From an uncultured virus (IMG/VR IMGVR_UViG_2236876025_000003) (lineage: Duplodnaviria > Heunggongvirae > Uroviricota > Caudoviricetes), in IMG/VR virus record IMGVR_UViG_2236876025_000003: a stretch of 64,000 bases of DNA. One strand, written 5' to 3'. Shown piece by piece: positions 30,082-39,398 of the stretch (position 1 is the first letter of the stretch; each line of letters begins with the position of its first letter). The notes beneath the pieces were generated by a model. It had not been told where the DNA came from. It did not search any database and saw only the letters and a list, made by a program, of their open reading frames with translations. Both the position numbers and the translations under genes were made by a program.

Positions 30082-31685
30082 TGGGTTTATTGAATATCTA
30101 TGGCAATATTTCAAAACTTAGGCCGCATATAACATACAGGTTCAATGCGGAAATTACGCCATTCGGTACAAATGGCAGAACGAACGTAAACGATATAATC
30201 AGCTTTACCATAAAGACCGTATCGTTTCCGACTTTCACGATAAGCAATGAAACAAAGCGCCTTCTCGGTAATACACAAATATCGTTTCCGACGTTCAAAT
30301 TTGGCGAGCGCGAAATGTCCATCACATTCGAAGAAACCGATGACATGAGAGTATTCAATACGCTTGCGACATTCTACAGTTCTGAGCCATATTTTACTGA
30401 AAGCCTTCCGTTGATAAACATAAAAATTACACAGTTCAACGAAACGATGGTTACAGTAGTCGACCAAAAAACTTATGTCTGCAGAATAAAGGATTTCAGC
30501 TTTCCTACATTCAACAATAACGCTTTAGGAACTTCGTTGGAACTTAAGGCCAACTTCTATGTTCTTTACAGTGTAAGCGATGAAAAAGAACTCGTGAAAA
30601 TTAAGAAAGACGACAATGGCAAAATCAAGCATGTCGAAAATACTGGAAATCTCCAGAGCATATTTGGCAAATACATGGCTGCAGTCGATTCTTCTGAAGA
30701 AGCCGAAAAGTTATTAACAGACAAATCCTATAGAACCAAGGTATATAATGACAAGTATAGCAAAATCGATGCAAAGCGCGCTGCATTGATGAAGACAATC
30801 AGATCGCAGCTTATCGATATGCACCAGTCTGAAATGAAGAAAAATCCTGCATACAAAAAACTTGTCGATAGCCTTATGGACGGTATCGAGGGAAGAAGCT
30901 CTCTCAAGGATTTGGCTACGACCATATTGAGTAAAGAAAATCTTATCACTGGATTCTTTAATAACGAAGAGATAGCGACAATATCCGATAAGCTTAACCT
31001 TGCAAGCGACAATATCCTTCAGGTCGCATTGGATCAGTTATCCGCATTGAATGTAGAGCGCGAACAAATCAGGGAAGAAGAGATGGAACTTGCTAAAGTC
31101 GGTACTACTGCTCTCTCCAACCCGGTATTCGTCAATACGGTTCTTACTAATACTCGAGACTTTAAAGTTACTGAATCTGAAACTAACGCAGCCCTTGCCA
31201 AAATCCATAGCGCTGGTATCTATAACGTTTCTCGTGAAAACCTCGAATATGTTCAAAAAGAAAATGCCAAGAGAATGCAGACCGCATATAACAAGTTCAA
31301 GAAGGCAATGGCTGAAAAAGGAATTACCGTAAGCGTCAATACCTATAATGACCCTGGCCATCAGTTAGGTCTTGGCTCTACAGGCGGTTCTCACTTGCTC
31401 GGCTCCAAGGTTGACTTGAACTTCCAGGATGCCAATAAGAAGAAACTTATCTTCGACAGTATGACAGAATCTCAGCTTAACGAAATAATTAGGACAGCTG
31501 AAAAATCCGGTTTGACAGTCAATTGGGAAACCAGCGGAGGCAGTACGTCTACATGGGGTGACTTCGCTCTCGCCAATGCGAAGACTGTCAATAAGGAAGG
31601 CAAAGTATACGACGTCAAGACAAAATCCTGGACCGGCGAACGTGGCATCTATAACAGCACTTCTAAGAGAAGGCATCGTCGTTAA
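30081..31685 (+). CDS. Tube-fold (gp48/gp54-like) protein fused to helical linker and M15-peptidase-like domain
   Basis: N-term TVSFP...SITFEETDDM tube-family pattern; C-term SHLLGSKVD resembles SxHxxGxAxD. Confidence 0.5.
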   Translation: MGLLNIYGNISKLRPHITYRFNAEITPFGTNGRTNVNDIISFTIKTVSFPTFTISNETKRLLGNTQISFPTFKFGEREMSITFEETDDMRVFNTLATFYSSEPYFTESLPLINIKITQFNETMVTVVDQKTYVCRIKDFSFPTFNNNALGTSLELKANFYVLYSVSDEKELVKIKKDDNGKIKHVENTGNLQSIFGKYMAAVDSSEEAEKLLTDKSYRTKVYNDKYSKIDAKRAALMKTIRSQLIDMHQSEMKKNPAYKKLVDSLMDGIEGRSSLKDLATTILSKENLITGFFNNEEIATISDKLNLASDNILQVALDQLSALNVEREQIREEEMELAKVGTTALSNPVFVNTVLTNTRDFKVTESETNAALAKIHSAGIYNVSRENLEYVQKENAKRMQTAYNKFKKAMAEKGITVSVNTYNDPGHQLGLGSTGGSHLLGSKVDLNFQDANKKKLIFDSMTESQLNEIIRTAEKSGLTVNWETSGGSTSTWGDFALANAKTVNKEGKVYDVKTKSWTGERGIYNSTSKRRHRR

Positions 31686-31716
31686 TAAAAAATTCAGAAT
31701 TAATGTTAATAAAAAG

Positions 31717-31745
31717 TTTACAAAAGTAAATTTCTTTGCTATCTT
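31717..31745 (+). promoter_or_regulatory. Host-sigma-type promoter for the non-coding unit
   Basis: TTTACA-17 nt-TATCTT. Confidence 0.6.
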
Positions 31746-31751
31746 TAATTT

Positions 31752-32080
31752 TCGACATTCCAAGTCCTATTCCTCGGAGCGAAATTCAACCCAATGAATT
31801 GTCGGTAGAGGGTAGGCCATTATGAGCTTGAGGGAAAAGCTCATCGTTTTTAAACGAAATGATCAGGTATCAACTGATAATGGAACCCAATGACGGAAAA
31901 CCTAGCAAGTTTTCCATGTAGCCGCCATGGCATGTCAAGATGTAGCCGGAGTACCGGATGACCATCCCGTAAGCTTGACAGTAAGCCCCGAGAGTTGAAG
32001 ACAGATGCTTTAGCACTTCTTTACCTATCTTCCTGGATAGGCTCGAAGTCTCAGAACAGATCCTTTAACGTGTGAGTAAG
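31752..32080 (+). ncRNA. Candidate structured non-coding RNA of unknown class
   Basis: No ORF of 60 aa or more lies within it; GC-richer than neighbouring spacers; own promoter; many nested stems. Confidence 0.6.
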
Positions 32081-32122
32081 TGAATATAAATATATAAAAT
32101 GTTTAAATAAAGGTGAAAAATA

Positions 32123-32944
32123 ATGAAATCAGAAAAACTTGACTTGAATCAGATAAATCCAGAGATCGCCAGTTCCGGTAATCTGGGAAGTTTAATGACA
32201 GCTATGTTGAACCAACCTCCGAAGGGTTCGATCATGCTCGATAAGAACTTGTTACCGTCTAGAGGCAAGCTCTATCCGGATATTCCGTTATACATAAAGA
32301 AACTCACGCCATTGAACGCAAAGGATCTCGCTGTCATTACAGCAGACAATATCAACAAGATTATCAATAAAGTTATTATCAGTAGCGTATGGGGTGGACC
32401 GAACTTTAATCCGAGCACGATTTTTACCGGTGACAAGCTTTTCTTGATTTTCTATATACGTTCATATACCTATAACGATATGCCGTTCAGACTCCGCGGC
32501 GAATGTAAGGAATGCGGCAATATCTGTAACTACGACTTTACGCTCAGTAACCTCGATATACAGTATCTCGATGAAGACATTCCTGAATATATCGAGCTCG
32601 GTAACGGCGACAAGATTAAAATCGCGTTCTCCACCATCGCTACAGAAAATGCCGTTAATCAGATGAAGGCAAGGCAGGACATTACAATCGAAATCAACCC
32701 TGAACTTCTCGAGCTTGCAACGTATATCAAGAGCGTGAATGACACGGAACTTTCGTTGTTCAAGGCGTATGAATATATTACACAGCTCGATACCATGTCG
32801 TTCTCGGAATTCGCAAACACGATAAGCAAGTATCTTTTCTGCGTCAAACCAGAAGCGAAGTTCACGTGTCCGAAATGCGGCGAAGAAATCTATCTTCCGA
32901 TGCCGTTCGTGTCTTCGTTCTTCTTGCCGATGATTACAAAATAG
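32123..32944 (+). CDS. Baseplate hub assembly protein (gp26-like), paralogue A
   Basis: LPSRGKLY, GDKLFLIFYIRSYTY, CKECG, CPKCG, SFFLP; late promoter 32085-32092. Confidence 0.75.
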   Translation: MKSEKLDLNQINPEIASSGNLGSLMTAMLNQPPKGSIMLDKNLLPSRGKLYPDIPLYIKKLTPLNAKDLAVITADNINKIINKVIISSVWGGPNFNPSTIFTGDKLFLIFYIRSYTYNDMPFRLRGECKECGNICNYDFTLSNLDIQYLDEDIPEYIELGNGDKIKIAFSTIATENAVNQMKARQDITIEINPELLELATYIKSVNDTELSLFKAYEYITQLDTMSFSEFANTISKYLFCVKPEAKFTCPKCGEEIYLPMPFVSSFFLPMITK

Positions 32945-32965
32945 TTAAACTTTAACCCATTTCAT

Positions 32966-32996
32966 AAAAAACATAGATTTAACATCTATGTTTTTT
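32966..32996 (+). terminator. Intrinsic terminator
   Basis: AAAAAACATAGAT-ttaac-ATCTATGTTTTTT. Confidence 0.75.
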
Positions 32997-33013
32997 ATTA
33001 TAAATATATTATT

Positions 33014-33439
33014 ATGGCTAGTTTTAAGCAATATCTGATTAACGAAAATGACAAGGTGTCTGACGAGGTAGTAAAGAATACGGCTATGAAGAAAGCCGAT
33101 AAGGGAGATACTATCGAAGACGTCGTATATAATGCTAACCCGTCGATATGGACCGGGCGCATTGTCAATAATAGAAAATATTTAATATACGCCGGAAAAT
33201 ATCTTGACTTGACTAGCCTGAAAGAAGAAATGACAAGACTTTATGACAGCAAGGGCTATTCTGGTTACGGTTTCGCAAAGCTCGACGAACATGAGCTTAT
33301 CAGATATACTAAAGTAAAAAATATCCTTATGAGGTCATTCAAGTCTGAAATAAATGACTTTATCGACCCGGCATCCATGGCCGAAATCCTTTTCATGAAC
33401 GAGTTTAAGGAATTCGAATGGCGGCCTGAGGAATATTAA
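33014..33439 (+). CDS. Hypothetical late protein with CTS-like N-terminus
   Basis: MASFKQYLINE; TATAAATA 32999-33006. Confidence 0.6.
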   Translation: MASFKQYLINENDKVSDEVVKNTAMKKADKGDTIEDVVYNANPSIWTGRIVNNRKYLIYAGKYLDLTSLKEEMTRLYDSKGYSGYGFAKLDEHELIRYTKVKNILMRSFKSEINDFIDPASMAEILFMNEFKEFEWRPEEY

Positions 33440-33440
33440 A

Positions 33441-33842
33441 ATGATTGACTATAATTCCTTGCTAGAAATCAAGCCGCTCGTAAACGAGAACATAATAAAC
33501 GAAACGCTTTCAAGAATAGGCATCATAAACCGCAGAAAAAAGATAATATATCAGTCATGCCACCTTATGAAGCAGTATGATTCATATTATCTTGTTCATT
33601 TCAAGCAGCTTTTTCCATTGTCTACTAACAAGGACGGTTTCGCAGGTTTCGGCGACGTGACGAATAAGGATATAATCAGACGTAACAGAATAGCGTATCT
33701 TTTAATAAAGTGGAAAATGATCGAGGTAATTAACGCCGAAGATATAGAACCGCATAATATATTTGTCGATACGCTGTCGTATAATGAAGCGTTGGAATAT
33801 CAAAAAGTACGAAAATTTAATCTCAACAACCTAGTTCTGTAA
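33441..33842 (+). CDS. regA: Translational repressor RegA
   Basis: ETLSRIGI...YQSCHL...YYLVHFKQLF...RRNRIAYLL..W matches the T4 RegA pattern. Confidence 0.9.
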   Translation: MIDYNSLLEIKPLVNENIINETLSRIGIINRRKKIIYQSCHLMKQYDSYYLVHFKQLFPLSTNKDGFAGFGDVTNKDIIRRNRIAYLLIKWKMIEVINAEDIEPHNIFVDTLSYNEALEYQKVRKFNLNNLVL

Positions 33843-33897
33843 TTTTTTCACGGAAAGATTATAAATAATATAAATAAACAATTATTTAGAGGAATAT

Positions 33898-35145
33898 ATG
33901 GAATTTACAGAAGCAAAACATATTCTTGAATCATTGGGTTACAATATCAATAACCCATATATGAATGAAGTTTTGGCTCGTTTTAACGGTAATTATACAG
34001 GTCGTTTCAAAGGTCTTGATAATGCCGGCGAAGTCACTATTCAGTTACAGAAAGGTCCGAAGACAGAAGAAGTCGCAAAGGCATTGTCCGATGTCGACAA
34101 TAACTTCCAGTCTGCTATGACTAACGGTATCAAGGCTAATAATACAGGAAAGTTTGATAACCTTATCAATAACTATAGCACAATTTTAACCGCTATTGAA
34201 GAAATTCCTGAAGCAAGCCAAGAAACAAAGGACGACCTTGCCAAGAAGATTAAATGGCTACAGGACAAGAAAGCAAACGGTGAAGAAGTTATCGCCGGTG
34301 AATGGAAAGCAGCTGGCCTCGCTACTACGACTCACTCCACAGATGACACACTTCTCGACTTCAATACGCTCGTAAAGAATATCTCGGCCCAGATTAGCTC
34401 CCTCAAGTCCAAAGGCGGAAATAATACTGAACAAATTGTTGCACGTATCGATGACCTCGCCGCCCGTGAAGGTTTGACCCAGGCACAGCTCGACAAGGTT
34501 GATGAACTCCGCGCCAAGCTCGAAGTAGCAATCGACAAAGGTGGTCAGGCAGCAGAAAATCGCGGTCGCGCATTCACATTCAAGTCTGACAAGCCGTTAA
34601 AGATTACGCGCGCTACTCGTATGCTTACTGCTAACGGCATCAACTTCACTAAGAACGAAGACGGTTCCGTCACGGTTAACGATACTCCGAAGAAAGTCGC
34701 AAAGGCACGTGAAGATCTCGCTGCAATCGGCGTAGAATTCGTAGTTGCACAACAGGCCGCTCCTGAAGAAGCGCCTAAGGTTGAATTAAGATATGCATTC
34801 CTTGATGAAGACTCTTTGGCAATGGCTCAAGACGAAGCAGCTGCAGCAGGAGTCGAAGCTACTGTAGAAAATCCGGAAATGCCAGATCATATTCTCTTTA
34901 CTGGTACTCAAGAAGCAATCGATCGTTTCAAGGCCGCACTTGAAGATATTGACGGACTTGCCTACGGAGTATATGAAAAAGAAGCGCTTGATGGGGCAGT
35001 TGCAGAACGCGCCGAAGCCGCTGAAGCTGCTGAAGTCAATCCTGAACAAGTTGAAGAATCTGTCAAAACAGAAGACGATAAAGAACAGCTTGATGAATCT
35101 GTTGACCCGGTTCTTTCGACTGCTGCTAGCTTGCTCTTGTGGTAA
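33898..35145 (+). CDS. Hypothetical late protein, possible internal head protein
   Basis: Tandem TATAAATA (33860, 33869), GAGG SD, MEFTEAKHILESLGY N-term. Confidence 0.6.
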   Translation: MEFTEAKHILESLGYNINNPYMNEVLARFNGNYTGRFKGLDNAGEVTIQLQKGPKTEEVAKALSDVDNNFQSAMTNGIKANNTGKFDNLINNYSTILTAIEEIPEASQETKDDLAKKIKWLQDKKANGEEVIAGEWKAAGLATTTHSTDDTLLDFNTLVKNISAQISSLKSKGGNNTEQIVARIDDLAAREGLTQAQLDKVDELRAKLEVAIDKGGQAAENRGRAFTFKSDKPLKITRATRMLTANGINFTKNEDGSVTVNDTPKKVAKAREDLAAIGVEFVVAQQAAPEEAPKVELRYAFLDEDSLAMAQDEAAAAGVEATVENPEMPDHILFTGTQEAIDRFKAALEDIDGLAYGVYEKEALDGAVAERAEAAEAAEVNPEQVEESVKTEDDKEQLDESVDPVLSTAASLLLW

Positions 35146-35150
35146 AAATT

Positions 35151-35226
35151 AAAAAACGTAATCTTAAAGATTACGTTTTATTTTAATATTAAAAAACCTG
35201 ATTGTCAAAATCAGGTTTTATTTTTT
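35151..35226. terminator. Two tandem intrinsic terminators between convergent genes
   Basis: AAAACGTAATCT-taa-AGATTACGTTTT and AAAACCTGATT-gtcaa-AATCAGGTTTT. Confidence 0.8.
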
Positions 35227-36586
35227 ATTCCAATCCGAGCTTTTCAGCGTAATCGGCAATAGTGTCATTCTGGTCGTCAGTAAGAGCCCTGCCAGCACCG
35301 AGAAGTTTGTCATACATTCTCTGGAGTTCGCTCTTTGTCAACGTTCCCATACCGTTCAATGTCTCTTTGGCATACGTAATGAACGCATTATATGTTCCGT
35401 TGATATTTCGGTTCGCATCCGCGTTATTATTCCTGTTAACCAGCACGCGCTGCATCGGGTTCATTCGTCTCATCTTGATTTTTTCGATTAAGCCCGTTAC
35501 CGCCTTCGTAAACGATTCCTTGTCATAATACTTCAATACGTTACCGAACGAAGTACCGGCTTTGATGCCATAGATAGGTTTCTTCGTTTCTTTTGAAACC
35601 CTGAAGAACGCAGTGAAAATACCTCCGTCTGTACTTACGGCATATTTCTTTTCGAATCTGTCAGGGTCAATATCGTTTTGTGGAATGTCATTTACAGTGA
35701 CCTTGTTAACGCCTGGAATCTTAGTAAGCATATCAAGGAACTGTTCAGCTTCGGACTTTCCGCCAGTGAGTCGGATTTTCTCTGCTTCTTTTTTCGCCGC
35801 ACGCGTTGCCTGGTTCGATCCGGATTGACGTATAGACTTATATCCCTCTGTAGAATTAATAAGTTTCTGAGCACCTAATAACGCGATTATTTTACCGTCT
35901 ATACCAACTGCCTTGTTGAGTTTCTTCTTATTACCGGCAGCGTCAATTTCTACACTGAACGGCCAAGTGATTTCGGTATTGAACATCAAGTCTTCAGCGA
36001 TATCAGCATTGGCGTCGATAACGCAGTCGTCAGTTCCGCTAAGCTTAAGGAACTTTACTGTAAGATTATTGTTGTCGTCAAAACCGAGAGTCTTATATGT
36101 CTTACGGCCAACATCGTCGATGTTAAATTCCGGCGGCTGGTCAATCGGCGTAAATACAATCTTTATTTCGAGCTCGTCTGTAATATATTCAAGCTTGAAC
36201 TTTACGGATATGGTAATAGGCTTCAGTTCTACAAGAGCGCTATTCTCGTCAAATACGGCCTGAGAATCAAGTTCTACTTTACAATCCGTAAGTTTTGATT
36301 TCAGGTTTTCATAAATTTCGCCAATCTCGAAGAACGGAACTTCTTCCATTGCCTGGTTTACGGCGTCTTCAAGAAGCATAAATCTTGAAAGGTAGCTTCT
36401 AAATGTCTCATTTTTTATATCAGGCGTATTTCTGATTGTTTTCACCATATCGTACATGGTACGTAATTTTTCAGCCTTTGCAATATCGTCCGCGAAGAAA
36501 GCGTCGCTAATTTCCTGACGGCATTCCAATAGCCACTGGTCGACTTCTTCGGGACTCATATTTTTCGGGTCTACATCATAGTTCAT
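35225..36586 (-). CDS. Hypothetical late protein
   Basis: 453-aa ORF; TATTTATA 36611-36618 and AAGGA SD. Confidence 0.6.
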   Translation of the reverse strand: MNYDVDPKNMSPEEVDQWLLECRQEISDAFFADDIAKAEKLRTMYDMVKTIRNTPDIKNETFRSYLSRFMLLEDAVNQAMEEVPFFEIGEIYENLKSKLTDCKVELDSQAVFDENSALVELKPITISVKFKLEYITDELEIKIVFTPIDQPPEFNIDDVGRKTYKTLGFDDNNNLTVKFLKLSGTDDCVIDANADIAEDLMFNTEITWPFSVEIDAAGNKKKLNKAVGIDGKIIALLGAQKLINSTEGYKSIRQSGSNQATRAAKKEAEKIRLTGGKSEAEQFLDMLTKIPGVNKVTVNDIPQNDIDPDRFEKKYAVSTDGGIFTAFFRVSKETKKPIYGIKAGTSFGNVLKYYDKESFTKAVTGLIEKIKMRRMNPMQRVLVNRNNNADANRNINGTYNAFITYAKETLNGMGTLTKSELQRMYDKLLGAGRALTDDQNDTIADYAEKLGLE

Positions 36587-36675
36587 AATAGATTCCTTAT
36601 TCGTTTATATTATTTATAGCGTTTTACAAGGCATAATGTTATAAATATATAAGTCTAAATAAAAAGGTAGTCTAT

Positions 36676-36978
36676 ATGTTTATCAAATGCGGTGACGAGT
36701 TTTTAAAATTTAAAGGCTTTAGTAAAAAGCTGTCTGAATCACTGGATATAGTTTTCGATAATTCGAGGCTTAAGTGTTCTGTCGACCATCGTTTCAAAGA
36801 CGAGAATGGCCAGGATATTTTTGCAAAAGACCTGCAAAAGGGCGACAGGGTTAAAAACACGCAATTCGGTTACAGCACGGTTGTCCAGGTAACGCCTATA
36901 GGTAAATATCCGGTATTTACGCCAGTCAACGTAGAAGGCGGCTTATACGAGACATTAAACGGCCTTATAAACCACAAT
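36676..36978 (+). mobile_element. C-intein fragment of an atypically split intein
   Basis: Block B-like CSVDHRF, AKDLQKGD, block F VFTPVNVE, block G NGLINHN/C; block A absent. Confidence 0.85.
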
Positions 36979-37734
36979 TGTTCATTTATCGGCTCTAGCC
37001 CTACGTTGGTAAAGGGTGACATTCTTGAAAAGCTGACAGAAAAAGAACCGGTCGAAGTGCTTTATGACGACTTGTCACTTTCGATTTATGAAAAACCGAT
37101 ACCGAATGCGCTTTATGTAATGGGTGTAGACTGCGCTACCGGTGTAGGTAACGACTATTGCGTTGTCCAAGTTGTAAAGATCGTATCTAAAACGGAAATG
37201 TATCAGGTCGCATGCTATCGCTCAAACGAAGTAAAGCAAGGCGAATTTTCACGCATAATTGATGACCTGTCTAAAAAATACAATGACGCATACTTTTGTC
37301 TTGAAGCAAACGATACAGGTAAGACAATTGCGGAAGAGGTCTGGTATACTCTTGAAAACATGCACTTAATCAATACCGAAAAATCTTCCAGGGGATTAGG
37401 AACTATTGCAGACAAGCGTTCCAAGCTCGACGCGTGTATGGAACTGAAACGCGTAATGGATAATGAGTTCTTGCACGTATGCGATAGCAAGACAATTGAG
37501 GAACTTTCAAGATTCGAAGAACAGCGTGCTAACATCTTTGCCGCGGCAAAAGGAAATCATGACGATACAGTTTCAGCTTTATACTGGGCAATGTATGCCA
37601 CAATGCAACCAGAAATAGATATGGACAATATAAAGCAGATTACGAATGAAGAAAACGATACTAATCAGCTTACCGTTGATATGATGGTCAATGACATGGC
37701 AAACGATGACGATTTCTGGGGAGATTTCAAGTGA
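36676..37734 (+). CDS. terL: Terminase large subunit C-terminal (nuclease) half preceded by split-intein C-fragment
   Basis: Residues 1-101 end in HN followed by CSFIGSS; nuclease motifs GVDCATG, LEAN, GNHDD; no ATPase domain. Confidence 0.9.
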   Translation: MFIKCGDEFLKFKGFSKKLSESLDIVFDNSRLKCSVDHRFKDENGQDIFAKDLQKGDRVKNTQFGYSTVVQVTPIGKYPVFTPVNVEGGLYETLNGLINHNCSFIGSSPTLVKGDILEKLTEKEPVEVLYDDLSLSIYEKPIPNALYVMGVDCATGVGNDYCVVQVVKIVSKTEMYQVACYRSNEVKQGEFSRIIDDLSKKYNDAYFCLEANDTGKTIAEEVWYTLENMHLINTEKSSRGLGTIADKRSKLDACMELKRVMDNEFLHVCDSKTIEELSRFEEQRANIFAAAKGNHDDTVSALYWAMYATMQPEIDMDNIKQITNEENDTNQLTVDMMVNDMANDDDFWGDFK

Positions 37735-38375
37735 GTGATAAAGTATTATGGCGCTCATTAAAACCCAGATTTAATACGATGACGCCTGAAGATAGTAAAA
37801 AAGAAAACATCGGCACATTCCATAAGCATCTCGCGGATTCGCTTAATGAATGGTTTAATAGCTATTTTATTCCGAAGCAAAGATTTTCCGCCAGCGGTGT
37901 TCAATATATCCCGCCGGTTGAGGAAGTTACATGGGTAGAGCCTGCAAATCCGTTAAAATATTTCATGTTCGTAAATCAGGTCATGACTTTCACCAAGGCT
38001 GAATTATTGGCTGCATTTAAAGTTCCTGCGATGTGCTGGCAAAATCTGTTCGGCATTATAGGTATGAGAATATCCGCTACGTTAAGTTCGGTATATTGCA
38101 CGGTTCCTGGTTCTGCTGTCGTCGGAACTGTAACAGTTCCTTTCGTAACGGCGCATTATCGTATGCAAGCTGTTAAATTTCTGGCTGATATCAAGAAACT
38201 GGAATATACAGAGGACAATATAAAGTCTGGCAAAATAACAGAACAGATATGGGATAAATTTGAAGATAATTTAATAAGCGCTATCAATAATACGCCACCT
38301 ACTGTTATAATGGTCGGCGGCGCATTACCGCCGGGAACTTTTACAGGGACAATAAATGCGAAACTCAGTATATAA
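37731..38375 (+). CDS. Hypothetical protein
   Basis: GTG start overlapping the upstream TGA. Confidence 0.55.
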   Translation: MSDKVLWRSLKPRFNTMTPEDSKKENIGTFHKHLADSLNEWFNSYFIPKQRFSASGVQYIPPVEEVTWVEPANPLKYFMFVNQVMTFTKAELLAAFKVPAMCWQNLFGIIGMRISATLSSVYCTVPGSAVVGTVTVPFVTAHYRMQAVKFLADIKKLEYTEDNIKSGKITEQIWDKFEDNLISAINNTPPTVIMVGGALPPGTFTGTINAKLSI

Positions 38376-39309
38376 TTACGACCATTATAACTATTGGGAA
38401 ATGTACCCTGAAGAATTGCCGTCTAGAGGCATATTCTATAATAAAAATGCACGAATAAAAGTGCGAACCATGTCTGTTCTCGAAGTAAAATTTTTAGCTA
38501 CGTATAAAGAGCAAACAGCTACCCGTATATGTAACGAAATAATTAACAAGTGCACTATTTTAGAAAACTTGAAAATTGAAGATTTATTATTGCCTGACAG
38601 GGATTATATAATTTTCTGGATTAGGCTTAATACATTCAATACTTCTAACGGGTTTACTATAAACATTCCTCGTTGCTCTACTTGTGAATCACCTATAAGC
38701 ACTGAAATTTCATTAAACGATATCACATATAGGTATCTTGATAATGGTTTTGTGCCAGAAGTTCATTTACCTGATTTAAATACAACTATTCCTGTAAAGA
38801 TTCCAAAATATGGCGACTCGATTTACAATGTAGAAAATGAACTTGAAGATATCGCGTTGAGAATAGATACCGATAATACGTTCGACGATAAAATCAGGTT
38901 CGTTTCGTCATTGACCGCGCTTGACTATATACATCTGAAAGACCATATTAAACAATATGGTTGCGGCATAAATGATGAAATTATAGTTCCTTGCAAGATT
39001 TGCGGAACACAGCATAATGTAAAGATGATAATCAACGACACGAACATTTTTACACAAATAGAGCTTAGGGATATTCTCGAGAAGATTACAAGAATAGCCA
39101 AGTATTCCAATCTGACTATAACAAATGACTGGTCTTGGGTAGAGGTAGAACTCGAACAGCAGATTATCAACGAGATGATTCGTGAAGAAAACCAGGAAAC
39201 CCAGCACCAGATTCAAGGTGTATCGTCTAAGATACCGGCCGCTACTGGAAACGGTGGAATGCCTAATATGCCAAGTATGCCAGGTCTTCCATCTTTACCG
39301 CATTTGTAA
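38356..39309 (+). CDS. Baseplate hub assembly protein (gp26-like), paralogue B
   Basis: ELPSRGIFY, DRDYIIFWIR, CSTC, CKICG. Confidence 0.7.
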   Translation: MRNSVYNYDHYNYWEMYPEELPSRGIFYNKNARIKVRTMSVLEVKFLATYKEQTATRICNEIINKCTILENLKIEDLLLPDRDYIIFWIRLNTFNTSNGFTINIPRCSTCESPISTEISLNDITYRYLDNGFVPEVHLPDLNTTIPVKIPKYGDSIYNVENELEDIALRIDTDNTFDDKIRFVSSLTALDYIHLKDHIKQYGCGINDEIIVPCKICGTQHNVKMIINDTNIFTQIELRDILEKITRIAKYSNLTITNDWSWVEVELEQQIINEMIREENQETQHQIQGVSSKIPAATGNGGMPNMPSMPGLPSLPHL

Positions 39310-39398
39310 AAAATTCAGAATAAAAGTTTGTAAATTTTTATTTACAATTATTTGCTATATTTTAATTATTGGAAAACTGAACATTTTTAAGGTTAACT

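Noticed and set aside
31822..31893. 23-codon ORF MSLREKLIVFKRNDQVSTDNGTQ inside the structured region
   Set aside because: Start codon is buried in predicted stems and nothing else supports translation; cannot be fully excluded
31752..32080. tmRNA, tRNA, group I intron or canonical RNase P identity for the structured region
   Set aside because: No GGGG..CCA acceptor ends or T-arm, no P/Q/R/S core, and RNase P flanking consensus is absent; left unassigned
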